From contig NC_086108.1 of NCBI RefSeq assembly GCF_963921235.1, positions 69,070,001-69,134,000 on the forward strand: a DNA stretch of 64,000 nucleotides. Direction: 5' to 3'. The notes below the pieces were generated by a model. That model saw nothing but the letters and a program-made list of their open reading frames with translations. It searched no databases and had not been told where the DNA came from. Made by a program: the position numbers and the translations under genes. Position 1 is the stretch's first letter. The number at the start of each line of letters is the position of its first letter. This stretch comes from Mobula hypostoma. Its lineage: Eukaryota. Shown here piece by piece: positions 12,510 to 25,419 of this stretch.

Positions 12510-13759
12510 TTCCAAGGAAAGGCGGGTCAGTTTGTATAAATCATTCAAAGGTGGAATGTGGGGTACGTTGATAGTCTACGACAGAGATAAGGTTGCGGCG
12601 GACAGTAAATTAAGATAAATGGGAATGGGCCAAGGAACTGCTCTGGTTCAAGCCATGAATGAACGGTATTCCACACGTTTTTCACTGTATCTATATACAA
12701 TAATAAACAAAAATAAATATCAATACCAAATGGCTTCCTGTGTGACATAATACATATATAAGATAATTTCTACTTCCTGGCTATTATGAGTAAATTGAAA
12801 ACTTCATATTGTGTAATTTCTACGTTTTTACCTCCTTTGCACAAATTAAGTGAAAATTGTAAGCTGAAAGTCAAATTTGTGTGAAAATAATCTTATTTGT
12901 TCCAGTTATAGGAATACTTAAAATCTGAGCCCACTCTTAATTCCTGCCTGTGGCCTACTTAGTTTGATTAACAATTAATCATTTGAGTACACCTATCACA
13001 CCAAAGATTAGAACTGGTTTTGTTTTTCATAAAATAGTAAGCTGGCAACTTTCCAAGTTGAGCACCACTTTCTGAGAATAATTACAATAGCAATCATGAT
13101 ATAACTTGAAAAATAGCTAAAATTAATGCCAAGCCTCAGCAACTGCTTTTTTTTCAAAAAGCAACAGTCTACAGCTTTTGGCCCTGTTGGTAATCCAGCT
13201 GTAGATAGTGATGCTTTTCTTTAAATGGAGATAAATTTTAATTTATAGCAATGCTAGGAAAACCTTTATTAATTGTAAGTTGTATGCACAGTATATCAAC
13301 CCAATAAGTGCAACTGCTAAATCACTGATGCAAAATATTAAAATGGGAATCACATTTTAAACAATGAACACTGAAACAACATATGGCCTGGGCTTCCTTT
13401 TACTTCAATGTCCAGTCTGAAATTAAATGTTATAAAATAGATTGGATTCAGATTTAATCATCAATTTGTAATGATTGGTGGATGTCTGAGTATTTGTTGG
13501 GATATAAGTATGGGGTTGTTCGATAGAAAATAGCCAAAATTTCTCCCCATGATACATTAACACCCAGAGGCCAGAGAGGCCTTGCTCTATTGTGATGCTT
13601 TTGCTGCTGAATAGCTTATTGGTAGATTTGTATCTTAAAAAAGTTAAAAGTAGAGGTGTGTTGTTGACTATAGGATGCCGATCAAAACTGCATTGCCTCA
13701 GAATATTAAAGAAGATGCTGGTAGATAAAACTTATGTTTTATAAAATCATCAACAAGAG

Positions 13760-15493
13760 TGTGATCCCTCCGTGTTGTGATGCTTTCCGTGAAATTACGA
13801 TCGCGACAGCTAATGTATTTGACCTTTTGCATTAAGAACTTTTTACGTTTAACAGGCGACTTTCCAGGGAGCTGGTGCCCTTCCTCTCCCGATGTTCTGG
13901 GCCCGGTCTGGTCCTGGCCAAGGGGTATTTCGTCTGGCGTTTAAGATATTAACGACTTATTTTTAAAACAGTTTCTTTAAAGGTTTAGGTTCTTGTTGCT
14001 TCACAAATCCTGCGCAGCACATCGATGTCGTGATTTTCTGGATACCCAAATTCCCTTCAGCCGCCTTGGGCATAATTGGACGTTCACCTGTGTGACAGAC
14101 ACTGTGGACCACGACCATTTGGACAAATTGTCAGTTTCAGTAGAGAATGCCTAAACAGAAGATGGCACTTGGGTTAAAGAAATTGCGTGAATCAGGTAGC
14201 CGATACATGGCGAGTTTTGCTGGAGTTTTACTAAGTACCTTCACTCCAGAGAGCGCTCCGTTATGAGAGTAAACAGCCTGAACAGCTCCTTGCGATAGAC
14301 CAAGGGCCCGCGGCAGAATCTTTACTTTGACCTTTGCGTACAAAAATGCAAATCAGTAGATTAATAAATGGAGTGGGAATGGGGATTGGCTCTTTCGATT
14401 TGCATTGCACAATTTTAAATTCCTCCGCATCCGTTACTGGCATCACTTCAGTGAGAAATCTAACGGAGTGTGCTTCGCAGAGGTTAACGTGACAGCGAAG
14501 CGCCGGGAGCGCAGCGCAGCTTGGCTCAGCTCGGCTCGGCGCTCTGGCCGCCGGCTCCTAGCGTTACACGGCAGCTGCTGTTTCCGTTGCAACGCAGTGT
14601 GGGCGGCACTAACTGCGCTGGAGGAACGCTCATTTTTAAAATTTGATGATGTCAGTAAGTTTTTTTTTGCAATACTGCAATTGGAGATCAGCATTTACGA
14701 AACCGCCAGTATTCTTATGGGGCTAGAAAAGTGGACGTTCGCCGTGACAACCAAGAGACTGCCGACTCCCGGGACCCGAACCAGAGGACGGCTTTCACCC
14801 ACAGCCTGTGCACTTTCACCGAGGCTGAAGCGAGTTTACTTTCCTGTTCGGAGTACTAGCACAGAATCGCAATGAGCTGCCTGCCCAGTCCGCGGCTGCA
14901 GATGTCAAAGCTGACGAACTCGCATTCTGCTGAACGGAGCGGCTTTGTGGCATTTTTCTGGAATTTAATTTGACGAAAAGAGTAGGTGGAATACTCCCTG
15001 ACCCCGAAAGCTCGGGGTCCTGGAACAAGCCGGAGGTCGCTGCCCACATCAGCCGTTCATTTACAGTACAGCAGCAGTTACAAAATGGGCGGGAAAACGG
15101 CAAAATATTCAAATATTGTATCTGTGTAGGGGATACAGTAACTGATTCCACTATCTGCTCTGATGTTATTTCGAAATATTTCACAATTGAGTGAGTGAAA
15201 TACTAAATCCCCTGGCAGTGTTAATTGCATTTTGATAACTTTTATGTCTAAATAACATGGCAGAATCACTTGAAAATGTTAATTTTGAGATAACCGGGCT
15301 CTCCGTGTACTGGCATCACGTGTATTATATTGATGAGAAAAAGGGGCGGAACTGGCAACGTCATTACTAAGGATCGCTCATCTATTACTCCAGCTTAGTA
15401 AATAGTACATAGAGAGCGGGGCCGGATTCCTCGTCTCCACCATACCTGCTGGTGTTTGTGCTTTGAGGATTTCGACTTTTTGAAGTGTAAATA
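13760..15493 (+). promoter_or_regulatory. CpG-rich promoter/5'UTR region of the INK4 gene
   Basis: Dense CpG (peak ~14480-15060), reverse CCAAT (attgg ~14385), GC boxes (~14597, ~15343), E2F-type GGCGGGAAAA at 15088-15097, candidate non-coding exon donor CA|GTAAGT at 14654/14655. Confidence 0.7.
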
Positions 15494-15631
15494 ATGGAAA
15501 CAACTGATGGATCGGTCGGTGATAAATTAACAAGCGCTGCAGCCAAAGGAGACTGGAAAGAAGTTAATATTTTGCTGCAAAACGGAGTGAAAGCAGACGC
15601 AATCAATAAGTTTGGCAGAACTGCTCTTCAG
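15494..15631 (+). CDS. CDKN2C: INK4 cyclin-dependent kinase 4/6 inhibitor, coding exon 1 (46 codons)
   Basis: METTDGSVGDKLTSAAAKGD..LLQNGVKADAINKFGRTALQ then a GT donor; phase-0 intron at the conserved TALQ|VM position. Confidence 0.85.
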
Positions 15632-16734
15632 GTTGGTATAGCTGTTTCTATCTTATTCACTACACAGTATATTTCCATTGACGAGAAATCTGTGCTGCAT
15701 TCCGAGCATTATATGTTCTAAACAATGTCCATTAGATTTCGTCAGAATCAGTGTGATTCGGACGACAGTAAATACAGTAAATGACGCATTGCTAAAATAG
15801 CTAAAAGGTACTGGGGGTAACAAAACGCATTTTGCTTGGATGACAATAGAACTAAGCCGTTGAATTATCTTTAAACGAGTTCTTTATTTTTTAGATATGG
15901 AATTCTAAAGTAATAAAGTTCGCATTGTTCGATACTCTGATGCGAACAATCTCATCTCCATAAAAGATGATTGTGGATATTCAAAGTCTAAGTTAACAGT
16001 ATTGTTATTATTGTGATTAATATACTGGACCAATTAAACTCTGCTTTTAAATCAGTATAGTGACAGTTTTTAAGCTTATGTGACGGCTTTAAAATGAGCT
16101 GAAATTTTTGAAGTGTTGCAATGTGGACTAGAAGGGACAGTGGCTTTATTTATTTGCAGATGTTATCAGTTAGATGCATCTAACCCATATTTCAAGTTAT
16201 CGTGGTGGATTTATCTGTCTTAAAGTATTCTTTCTGCAGCACGGGCAAAAATACAGCATCACAGATGCGACTCCGTTTCGGGGCCTTTTGTACATGAGGA
16301 ACAGCTTTCTCACATGATCGGCAAAAAAAAGCAAATCGATAGATTTTGTTCTAAATAGGTACACTTCAGCGATTTTATTTTACCTATTGTAATATACTAG
16401 AAAATATCAACTTTCATGGGATGATAAATAATTAGTCACACAAAGGTAGTGTATTTTATGTCCGCTGAACAGTGTGTACAAATATGGCTTTCCAGGTCTT
16501 CACCTATCTTCATCACAGTCACACATCGCGTATTCCCACAGGAATGTGTGAATGTATTTTAAGGTTTTATGATTAACTATTTGCAATTTTAGTTTTATTT
16601 AATTTGGTGAGAATTAGGGGGAAATAATACGGTAAAAGCAATGCTGGAATGTATTTGGAACTAGTGTATAAACGTAATCTACTGGAATCAAAATGCTTGA
16701 AAAAATTGAATCCCCACCCTACCCCTCTCCCCAG

Positions 16735-16769
<35 letters not shown>
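16735..16769. repeat. (CA)n microsatellite in intron
   Basis: Seen directly. Confidence 0.95.
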
Positions 16770-18093
16770 TAGCACAAGAAATTCTAAAAGCACATTATAT
16801 TTGTTTTCAATATTAAGTCCCACGGTAAACTTAGCTTTAAATATTACATGAAATATTTAAATATAGTCTAATAAACGGGAGGAGTTTTTTAAAAATTAAA
16901 TATGTATTTTTACATTGTGGATTTGAATTGAGTCAAATTCATTACCAAAACAAAAACGCTTAAAAGCAACTGCGATATTCAATTAAAGAAAAATTTGTTA
17001 GTTGAATATGTTGCAATAAAAATAATATAGTTGGATAATACTTTTAACTATCTGTAGGTATTCTGCAAGTATCTTTCGAGATGATGAGATTTTCCAGCAT
17101 GTGAAAATGAAATTCAACAGCAATAAACTTTGCTTTTTCAGTTGTCTGACACAATTTACAGGATAATTAAACCACATTTGTATTTTATTTACATGCACAT
17201 TTATCTCATGTGGCATTTCATCACAAGTAGAACTGTAACATTTTAAAGAAATCACTGAAAATCAATCAATAAAATATAATTGAGGTTTTACCATCATTTT
17301 GACAACAAGGCATACTTGCAGAAATGCCTTTAAATTCTACCGTTAGAAGAGAAATTATTATCCAACTTTGATGTTACATCCTCTTCTACATCGGAACAGT
17401 CTAGAAGCCAAAAAAAAACTGGTGTATCCATAATTTACAACAGCTTGTGTGATTTTAAACGACATACCTACAATTTATAATGCCTTGATTACATTTCTCC
17501 GTTGATTGTTTGCATCCAAAGATATATTCTGTTAGATGTCAGCTAATCATTTCTATACTATCACTATTATGTTCCTTGAAGTGTTGTGGTTAACCTCGAA
17601 TCATTTTTAAGTACGCAACCATAATGTCAAAACTATAAAAAGACACGTTAATTAGAATTAATTTTTTAAAAAAAAGACAAAGCGGCAGGTAAACAAATTT
17701 GATATATTTAAAAATCCACTTTTCCTAATCTTAGTTTGTTGCTTTGGGAATATTTTACGCGTTTTTGATAAAAGGACGGATACAACTGTGTTCAATATTT
17801 CACTATTATGAAGCAATAGTTGTTAAAAGAAAACATCAGCCCCAATTTCTTTCGGTCAGAATTAGGTGGAAGTTTTGAGGCCAGCCATACACTCAAGAAA
17901 CACATTCTTCAAAAATGGATGGTAGTTACTCAACAGTGTGCAATATACAGACTTTATGCCTGCATACTTAGGATTTTAAAATTGCAGGCAAATTCTCATA
18001 TAACCCTGTAACATGCTGTGTTTAGGTGTGCACAGTGGTGCAATCATACTTTAGTTTTTTTAAATATGTTATTGCTCTCCTTCCATCTTCCAG

Positions 18094-18441
18094 GTCATGC
18101 AAATTGGTAATACAATAATAGCTGATTTATTGCTGAATGCAGGAGCTCAGCCAAACCAGCAAGATCACAACGGGTTCACACTAGCTCACGACGCGGCCAG
18201 GGAAGGCTTCCTGGATACTTTGAAAATCTTGGTGGACTTTGGAGCTGATGTTAATATTGAAAATTCTGAGGGCAATCTACCCATCCACCTTGCTGCACAG
18301 GAAGGTCACACTGATGTGGTTATTTTTTTGGCAAAGAAATCAAACCTCACACTTAAAAACGAAAAGGGACAGACTCCATATGAGCTGGCCCGGATGTACC
18401 AGAGGACAGAGACTGTGCAATGGATGGAACAAAATTTATAG
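18094..18441 (+). CDS. CDKN2C: INK4 inhibitor coding exon 2 (ankyrin repeats to stop); spliced protein 161 aa
   Basis: Polypyrimidine tract + cag acceptor at 18091-18093; [48 protein letters not shown] stop. INK4 family is secure; C versus D paralog less so. Confidence 0.85.
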   Translation, partial: VMQIGNTIIADLLLNAGAQPNQQDHNGFTLAHDAAREGFLDTLKILVDFGADVNIENSEGNLPIHLAAQEGHTDVVIFLAKKSNLTLKNEKGQTPYELARMYQRTETVQWMEQNL

Positions 18442-19122
18442 GAAAAACGTAGTAAGCAAGAGCGCCTTTGTAGTATTTATTTGTTGGCCAAGACGTGTTT
18501 ATTGAAATTCATTATTTGTAATTCCATATGTTTTTTTTAATACTTGGGGAAAGATGATGTTGTTACCATTCAATGCTTTTTTAAAACTTTACTTTTTACG
18601 CCATCATGCTAAAGTCATTTTACTTGTTATATATAAGTATTAATATAGAATCGGGCGAGCTTTTTCAATGTTATGTTGGTCATAAGATAATGTGCAAGTT
18701 TGACGTGACAGTGTTGTTATTAACATAAAGCTATCTATCCATAAAACAGTCAAGCTAACACAAGGGAATAATTTAAAACTATTGCAATAGGCAGATGACG
18801 CGAACGCCCCGTGTCTTTCCCCAACTAGTTCTTCGGAACATCGTGGCTTTCCTGTCTCTGTGTTGTTTAAAACGCCGAACACGCTGTGTTTGTTTCATTT
18901 ATGTAGCTTTAAATTTCATTGAAGTATTGCTTACCGCCTGATAAAGTAAGTGAACGCAGAGAAATGTAGCCGGTAAACATTATTTAATGTGTTTGTCTTT
19001 GTTTAATTAAAATTAAATTATAATCCTTTTGTTTACTCGATGTAAATATTGCATTACTTTCATGGCATTGTATCAAATATCAGCTTCATAAATTATAAAA
19101 GATATAACGGCTCTTTCGTTCC

Positions 19123-19128
19123 AATAAA
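19123..19128 (+). terminator. Candidate polyadenylation signal of the INK4 gene (alternative near 19289)
   Basis: AATAAA ~680 nt after the stop, following an AU-rich 3'UTR. Confidence 0.5.
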
Positions 19129-22100
19129 TACTTACTTGTGAGTGTAAAGGGCATCTATTTTTAATGCTGTGAATGGAGTAGCATTTCCTGAATTAATTTT
19201 CTCATCGTTGAAACAGATAACATGAAGCGTTAAAATTTAATAACATTAACTTCCCTTTTCAAATCCATATGTATTGGGACATCCATAAATAAAGTGTTTT
19301 TACAAAAACTCTGAACGAGTTAGTGTAGGGTGTCTTTGAGGAGGATTTATGTATGGAAAACAATTATTTTGAAGCTTGGTAATTTAGTAACATTTATTGT
19401 GTTTTTGACTAATACTGTTGTTTGGTAAGATGAGTCGTGCAAGCTATTGGTAAATTGATGGTAAGATGTGTCGGTGGTGTGCAGACATCTCACGGGGAAA
19501 AACGTGGGCGATAAGTGGTTATCTTTCACATCGTATCTTTATAAAATTTGTATTTTAAAGGAAGTCATTCCACGCATTTACATTTTGGTATGAAAACATA
19601 TTGAAATTTAAACACTATCGGTATGCATTTTGACAAAAATACAGGGCACTGTTTATTTAAAGTAGGAAAGACCCTAAGCATTTGATGGAAATGCTTACTG
19701 AATATGCAAGTTAATATGCCGTTAAAGTATGTATATATATGCAAAAATTCTATCAGACTAGTTTAAGACATTACAAAAATTTATTCATGGTCTGCGAAAT
19801 AAACTGTAAACACATAATAGATAAAAATGCGTACAGACCGGTCACAGTGTTAGAGAAAAAAACATTTATCATAATTTATTCAAAATGCAAAATCTGTTTC
19901 GTATGTAAAACTTATTATTTAAACTATCATTATGACAAGGTCGGAAAGTCACGGCAAATATATACAAAAGCGAAACGTTTAGCATCTAAAACTGAAAGAA
20001 GCATCATTAATGAAAGCGATATACGGCACTGTGATAACATGAAGACTTAAAACATGAATACGACAAGCATGTTTACATACCCAGAGTGACACTGGAGATA
20101 CTGCAGTGGGCTTAATTCTATGCAACCTAAAACAGAGACTTAGAATAATGATGTCCTATAATATGCACCGATGTTCTCAATGAATTGTGTTAAAAGAATC
20201 GGGGCTTTATTGAAATAGCTTTTTGTTATCATAAAAAAGTTACAAATTTGCCGAGTTTCTTTTCCTCCCTTTTTTGCCATAAATAATATTTTCATTCCGA
20301 CCACTATACTCCTTGACTTTCTACCTGAGGTGTATGATTTTATCAGTGTATATTTTATTTTTAAAATGCAAAATATAGAAAATAACGCTTTTGAAAAAAG
20401 ACTAATTTCACCACACCTCCTGGCGTCATACGTTAGACGTTATGCTTCCTGTTCTAAAAGTGCCCACGAAAGAACTGAGTAAAAAGCTTTTAAAACTATT
20501 TTGGAGTATTATCTTAAAAATGTTGATTCTGCCACTCTGAATTGCTCGACTGAATATTGGAGATACTGTCTGGTTTACGATACGCAGGTTCATACCGAAA
20601 CTGTGTCAGTTCTCGAAGTTAAGTTTCAGAACTAAGGTGTCGGGTCGATTGAAAATGTCAGCGTCCGTTCCCTCAAGGAGGACAACTGCTGATAATTTGT
20701 GATACCCTCATTCAGTAAAATCCGTCGTTAGCACACGTCTTTCTCACAGCTACTAGAATACAGGGAGACAAACAAAACTATAGCGTAATTAGTAAATAAA
20801 ACGAGCCTCTCAGTAGTCGATGAGCAGAAATGTTCCTGAAGAACTGAAGGTTATTACAAGATAGTCATACTAACTGTGAAGCGGTGTTGTCCTCTTGGGT
20901 AATCCTCGTAACAAGTGGCAAAGTGACAATCCCGATTTGGCTAATCACATTTTGATCAGTAAATTCAAAATAGATGTTATCACACTGCTTGCATTTGCTG
21001 GATATAGTTTTCTAGTGAGCTTTAGTTGGTGAAAGACAAACAAAAAATAGAGTACTTTTTGGACGTCGGTGCTTAATTTCCTTGGTTACTGCATCTTGGT
21101 AATCTGCCAAGTGCTGTGTCGTACGCCTGAAAATTCCAGTTTTCACCATCATGAAAACTCCCATTTCTGTATGGAGTGACAGGAGCTGTCACCAGGTCAG
21201 TTTTTAGCTCGTGCCAATGGCCACAATAGGTCAGGATAAAGATAGTGAGCCCAGACAAAATCAACAACGGCAATATGGGGACAGCATAGCAAAGAAGAGA
21301 CTTTCCAGAGGGTGGGTCTCCTGTAAGTCAGCGTTCTCATTCGTTACGCTTATAAAGTCCACCCAATCCATTAGAGAAAAAAATATTGTAATTGCTCTAA
21401 GGTTTTAAGTTTGGCAAGTTTTTGTAAGAATTCCAAATGAAGAAAAGTCGCAAAAATTTCCACTTAAAGTTAATACAGTAGATACAAGTACATAAGTATC
21501 TGAAAAAGCATTTCATAACCACATAGTATCAGTCAAGATCAGATGGCAGGCAGCTTTGTAGAGACAAGTGAGGGAGGAAACCCTTATAAGTTGGCAAGAC
21601 TGAAGGTCAGGTTGTTGGGAGCCTGGGTACTCAATGGTTAAACTGTTATACCGATTTTTACAAGGAAAAGAAGAAACTGCAACTCCCATATTCTGAAATA
21701 TTATATGCATACTTATAATTAGGAGCAGGAGTAGGCCAGATGGCCTCTTCAGATGGAAGACATGGTAATGATATGGATTACAATGAGGTTAAATATTAGA
21801 GCAGTATTTTGAATATTCTACTTCGGAGTCAAGCATTTACTGGGCACAGGAAACAGACCAAAGCTGTTGAGAAGAGGGGTGATGAGCCAGAACTAGGAAA
21901 AACCCAAATCCATGTGGAAATTGATGTGCTTCAGGATGAGGTTATTGGGGGGTGGGGTAGCAGGAACACAAGGGGACGAAAGATAGATCATAGGTCTTTA
22001 CAAGAGGTAATGGCAGGATAGCCTATTACACAGCTAAACCTACAACCAAATTTGCTCCTTGGTGTATTTACAAAACACTACCTTGGGACATTTTGTGTTA

Positions 22101-22159
22101 CAATAAGAAAATATGTGTTGTAGATTTTTTAAAAATACGAAATCTGATTAAGCAACCAT

Positions 22160-22495
22160 TCATATGTGTCATATGGCGTGGGCGATTATGGTCTTTCCAT
22201 GACCATGATAGTACTTGGTAAATTTTTCTACCTAAGTGATTTGTCGTTGTCTTCTGGGCAGGGTTTTTACAAGATGGGTGACCCCAGCCATTTTCAATGC
22301 TCTTCAGAGATTGTCTGCCTGGCATCAGTGGTCCCATAACCAGGACTTGCTTCCATGGCTTCACATAAACCTGATTGTCAGGGCTGGGGGGGCAGTTGCT
22401 ACGCCTTGCCCAAGGGTGACCCACAGACTAGTGGAGGGAAGGAGAGCTTTACACCTCTGTTGATGGAGACGTATCTCCGCCCCACCACACCGAGC
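22160..22495 (-). mobile_element. CORE-type SINE with RTE-like tail
   Basis: Minus strand ggtcacccttgggcaaggcgtagc CORE-like segment; tail ..catggtcatggaaagaccataatcgcccacg. Confidence 0.6.
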
Positions 22496-22964
22496 AATAG
22501 TGAATCTAAAATAGAGGGCCTCAAGGTGAATGTCTGAGTAGTAATACTCAGGTCAAGAAACTGGATTGTTCAGCACCAGTTTACCACACAAACACAAACA
22601 CAAACCCAAATCTAAAATGTGGCACGTGGAGTTCTTGTCTCATCATGTGCTGGGTATGAGGGAACTTCTTCATCAAAATACCAAAGGTGGCAACTACTCT
22701 GCACAAATAACTGATGTGCTAATTGATCCTTGTCTCAAAGTGAAGAGGCTCTGGTCCAATAGCATGGCCACTTGCATTATCTTCACCCCTCATGATTTTA
22801 CATGCCTCTATAAAGTTACCCCTCAGCCTTTGGCACTCCAGGGTAATCAGACCTGGCCTATTCAGCTCTACTTATCAATCATACCCTCCAAAACATAACT
22901 GATTTTTTTCTGCACCCTTTCCAGCATATGGACCTCCTTCCTACAGCTGGGTGACTACACAAAA

Positions 22965-23545
22965 CTCCCCATTTCCTTTTTGCTATGTCGGTCCATGGAC
23001 CCCTCTACTGCCATAATGAGACCACTCTCAGGTTGGCAGGGCAATAGCTCGTATTCTCTTTGGGTAACCTCACACCTGATGGCAGGAACATCAATTTTTC
23101 CCCTCTCCCCTACTCTCCTTTCTCATTCTCCATTCTGGCTCCTCTCTTCCCCCTTCTCTTCTCCTCACCTGCCTATCCACTCCATCTAGTGCACCTTCTC
23201 ATTCCCTTTCTCCCATGCTTCACTCACATTTCCTTTTAGATTCCTTCTTCTCCAGCCCTTTACCTTTTCCACCTATTATCTCCCAGCTTTTCACTAAATC
23301 CCCCTTTCCCTCCCATCCACCTACCTGTCTTCATCTATCAGCTGCCAGTTTGTACCTCTCCTCCCCCATCCATCTCCTTGTTCAAGCTTTTTCCCCCTTC
23401 CTTTTCAGTCCTGATGAAGGGTCTCAGCCCAGACCATCGACTCTTTATTCCTCTCAATAAGTGTTACCTGTCCTGTCATGTTCCTCCAGCATTTTGTGTG
23501 TGTTGTTCCGGATTTCCAGAATCTGCAAACTCTCTTGAGTTTATA
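22965..23545 (+). mobile_element. Decayed Penelope-like 3' fragment with degenerate hammerhead
   Basis: Similar to 11950-12509; cagtc-CTGATGA-agggtctcagccc-agac (GAAA lost) at ~23406-23442. Confidence 0.8.
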
Positions 23546-25260
23546 AGACTGGAAGATATAGGAGTACAATTAGGCCATTCAGCCCATTAAGTTTGCTCTG
23601 TCATTCCTCCTTAGTTGTTTTATTATTCCTCTCAACCCCCTTGTCCTACCTTCGCCCTGTAACCTTTGACACCTTTACAAATGAAGAACATGTCTTTAAA
23701 TATACCCAATGACTTGGCCTCTACAATCATCTGTGGCAATGAGTTCCTCAGATTCACCATCCTCTGGCTAAAGAAATCCCTACTTATTTATGTTCTAAAG
23801 CGATATCCTTGTCTTCTGACGTTGCGCTCTCATGTCTTCGACATCCCCCCCCAACCAATGACAGGAACTATCCTCTCCACTTTCACTCTATCTAGGCGCT
23901 ATCTTTCAATATTACAATAGGTTTCAATGAGATCCCCATCATTCTTCTAAACTCCAGTGAGTACAGGCACAGAGCCATCAACACTGCTCATAAATTAACT
24001 CCTTCATTCCTGGGATAAACCTCATGAATCTCCTCTGGCCTCTCTCTGATGCCCACACCATTTTTTTACATAAGGGGCCCAAAACTGCTCACCAAATTCC
24101 AAGTGCAGACTGACTAATCCTTTATGAAGCCTCAGCATTACATCCTGTATACTGTACTCTAGCCCTCTTGAAATGAACACTAACAGTGCATTTGCCTCCC
24201 TTACTGCAGACTCAACCTGCAAGCTAACCTTTGAGGAGCATTAGTATAAGATTCCCTACACTAGACAGGGGTGCCACCATAATGTAGCAGTTAGCTCGGG
24301 GTGTCGAAGTTTGGAGATCAAATCCAATGTCATCTGTAAGGAGTCTGTATGTCCTCCCCGTGGAATGCGTGGGTTTTCTCTGGGTGCTCTGGTTTCCACC
24401 CACAGTTCAAAGATATCCTGGTTGGTATGTTAATTGACCATTGTAAATTGTCTGGTGATTGGACGAGGGTTGAATCGGGAGTTGCTGCAGCCATGTGGCT
24501 CAAAGGGATGGAACAGCCTTCTCCACATCGTATCTCTAAATAAAATAAAGTTAAATTAATTTCTTCTACCAAAGTGCATGACCGTACACTTCTCTACACT
24601 GTATTTCATTTGCTGCTTCTTTGCCCATTGTCTCAATCTGTCCAAGTCCTTCTGCAGACTCCCTGCTTCCTCAACACTACCTGCCCCTCCACCTATCTTT
24701 GTATCATCCATGAACTTGGCTACAAAACATCAATTCCATACTCCAAATTACTGACCTACAATAAGAAAAGATGCTGCCCCAACACCAAGTCCTGTGGATC
24801 ATCACTAGCTTCCAGCAGCCAACCTGAAAAGGTACCCTTTATTCCCACTGTTTACCTCCTCCAGTCATCCAGTCTTTTACCCATGTTAGTCTTTTTCCTG
24901 CAATACCACAGGCTATTATCTTGTTTAGCAACCTCATGGGTGGCACCTTGTCAAAGGCCTTCTGAAAATCTAAGTAAAGAACATTTACTGACTTTTCTTT
25001 GCCTATCCTACCCATTATTTTCTCAAAGAATTCCAAAAGATTTGACAGGCAAGATTCCCCCTTATGGAAACTATGCTTTTTCAGCCTATTTTATCATGTT
25101 CCTTCAAGTACTTCGAAACAGCATCCCAACAACTGAAATAAGGCTAATTGGTCAATAATTTCCTTTTTTCTGCCTCCTTCCCTTCTTAAAGAGTGGAGCG
25201 CATTTGCAATTTTCTAGTCTTCCGGAACCACTCCAGAATCTAGTGATTCTTGAAAGATGT
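23546..25260 (-). mobile_element. CR1 RT fragment interrupted by a V-SINE
   Basis: LYLDFQKAFDKVP, ANALLVFISRGLEY..HLEF.EQFWAPY. Confidence 0.9.
24265..24550 (+). mobile_element. V-SINE
   Basis: V-domain ggagtctgtatgtcctccccgtg..gcgtgggttttctctgggtgctctggtttcc; A-rich tail. Confidence 0.8.
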
Positions 25261-25419
25261 CTGTACTCCAAATATGATTTCACCAACATAATGTAACATA
25301 ATGTCCTGCTGCTTGTCCTCAATTCCCTGACTAATGAAGGCAAGTGCACCAAATCATCACCATATCTACATGTGTCACCACTTTTAAGAAAAACACAAAA
25401 TACATAATTCCTATTTCCA

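Noticed and set aside
1..14400. FAF1 first exon, expected upstream of CDKN2C on the opposite strand
   Set aside because: No MASNMDREMILADFQ-like exon seen by eye; it may lie outside the window
14405..15194. Overlapping ORFs (156, 122, 83, 74 aa) upstream of the INK4 gene
   Set aside because: No recognisable domains; expected in GC-rich promoter sequence; mostly non-ATG starts
15632..15721. Read-through extension of the 75-aa ORF (VGIAVSILF...)
   Set aside because: Intronic: a GT donor follows TALQ and the ankyrin repeat continues at 18094
21073..21408. Short ORFs downstream of the gene
   Set aside because: No homology recognised and no consistent exon structure
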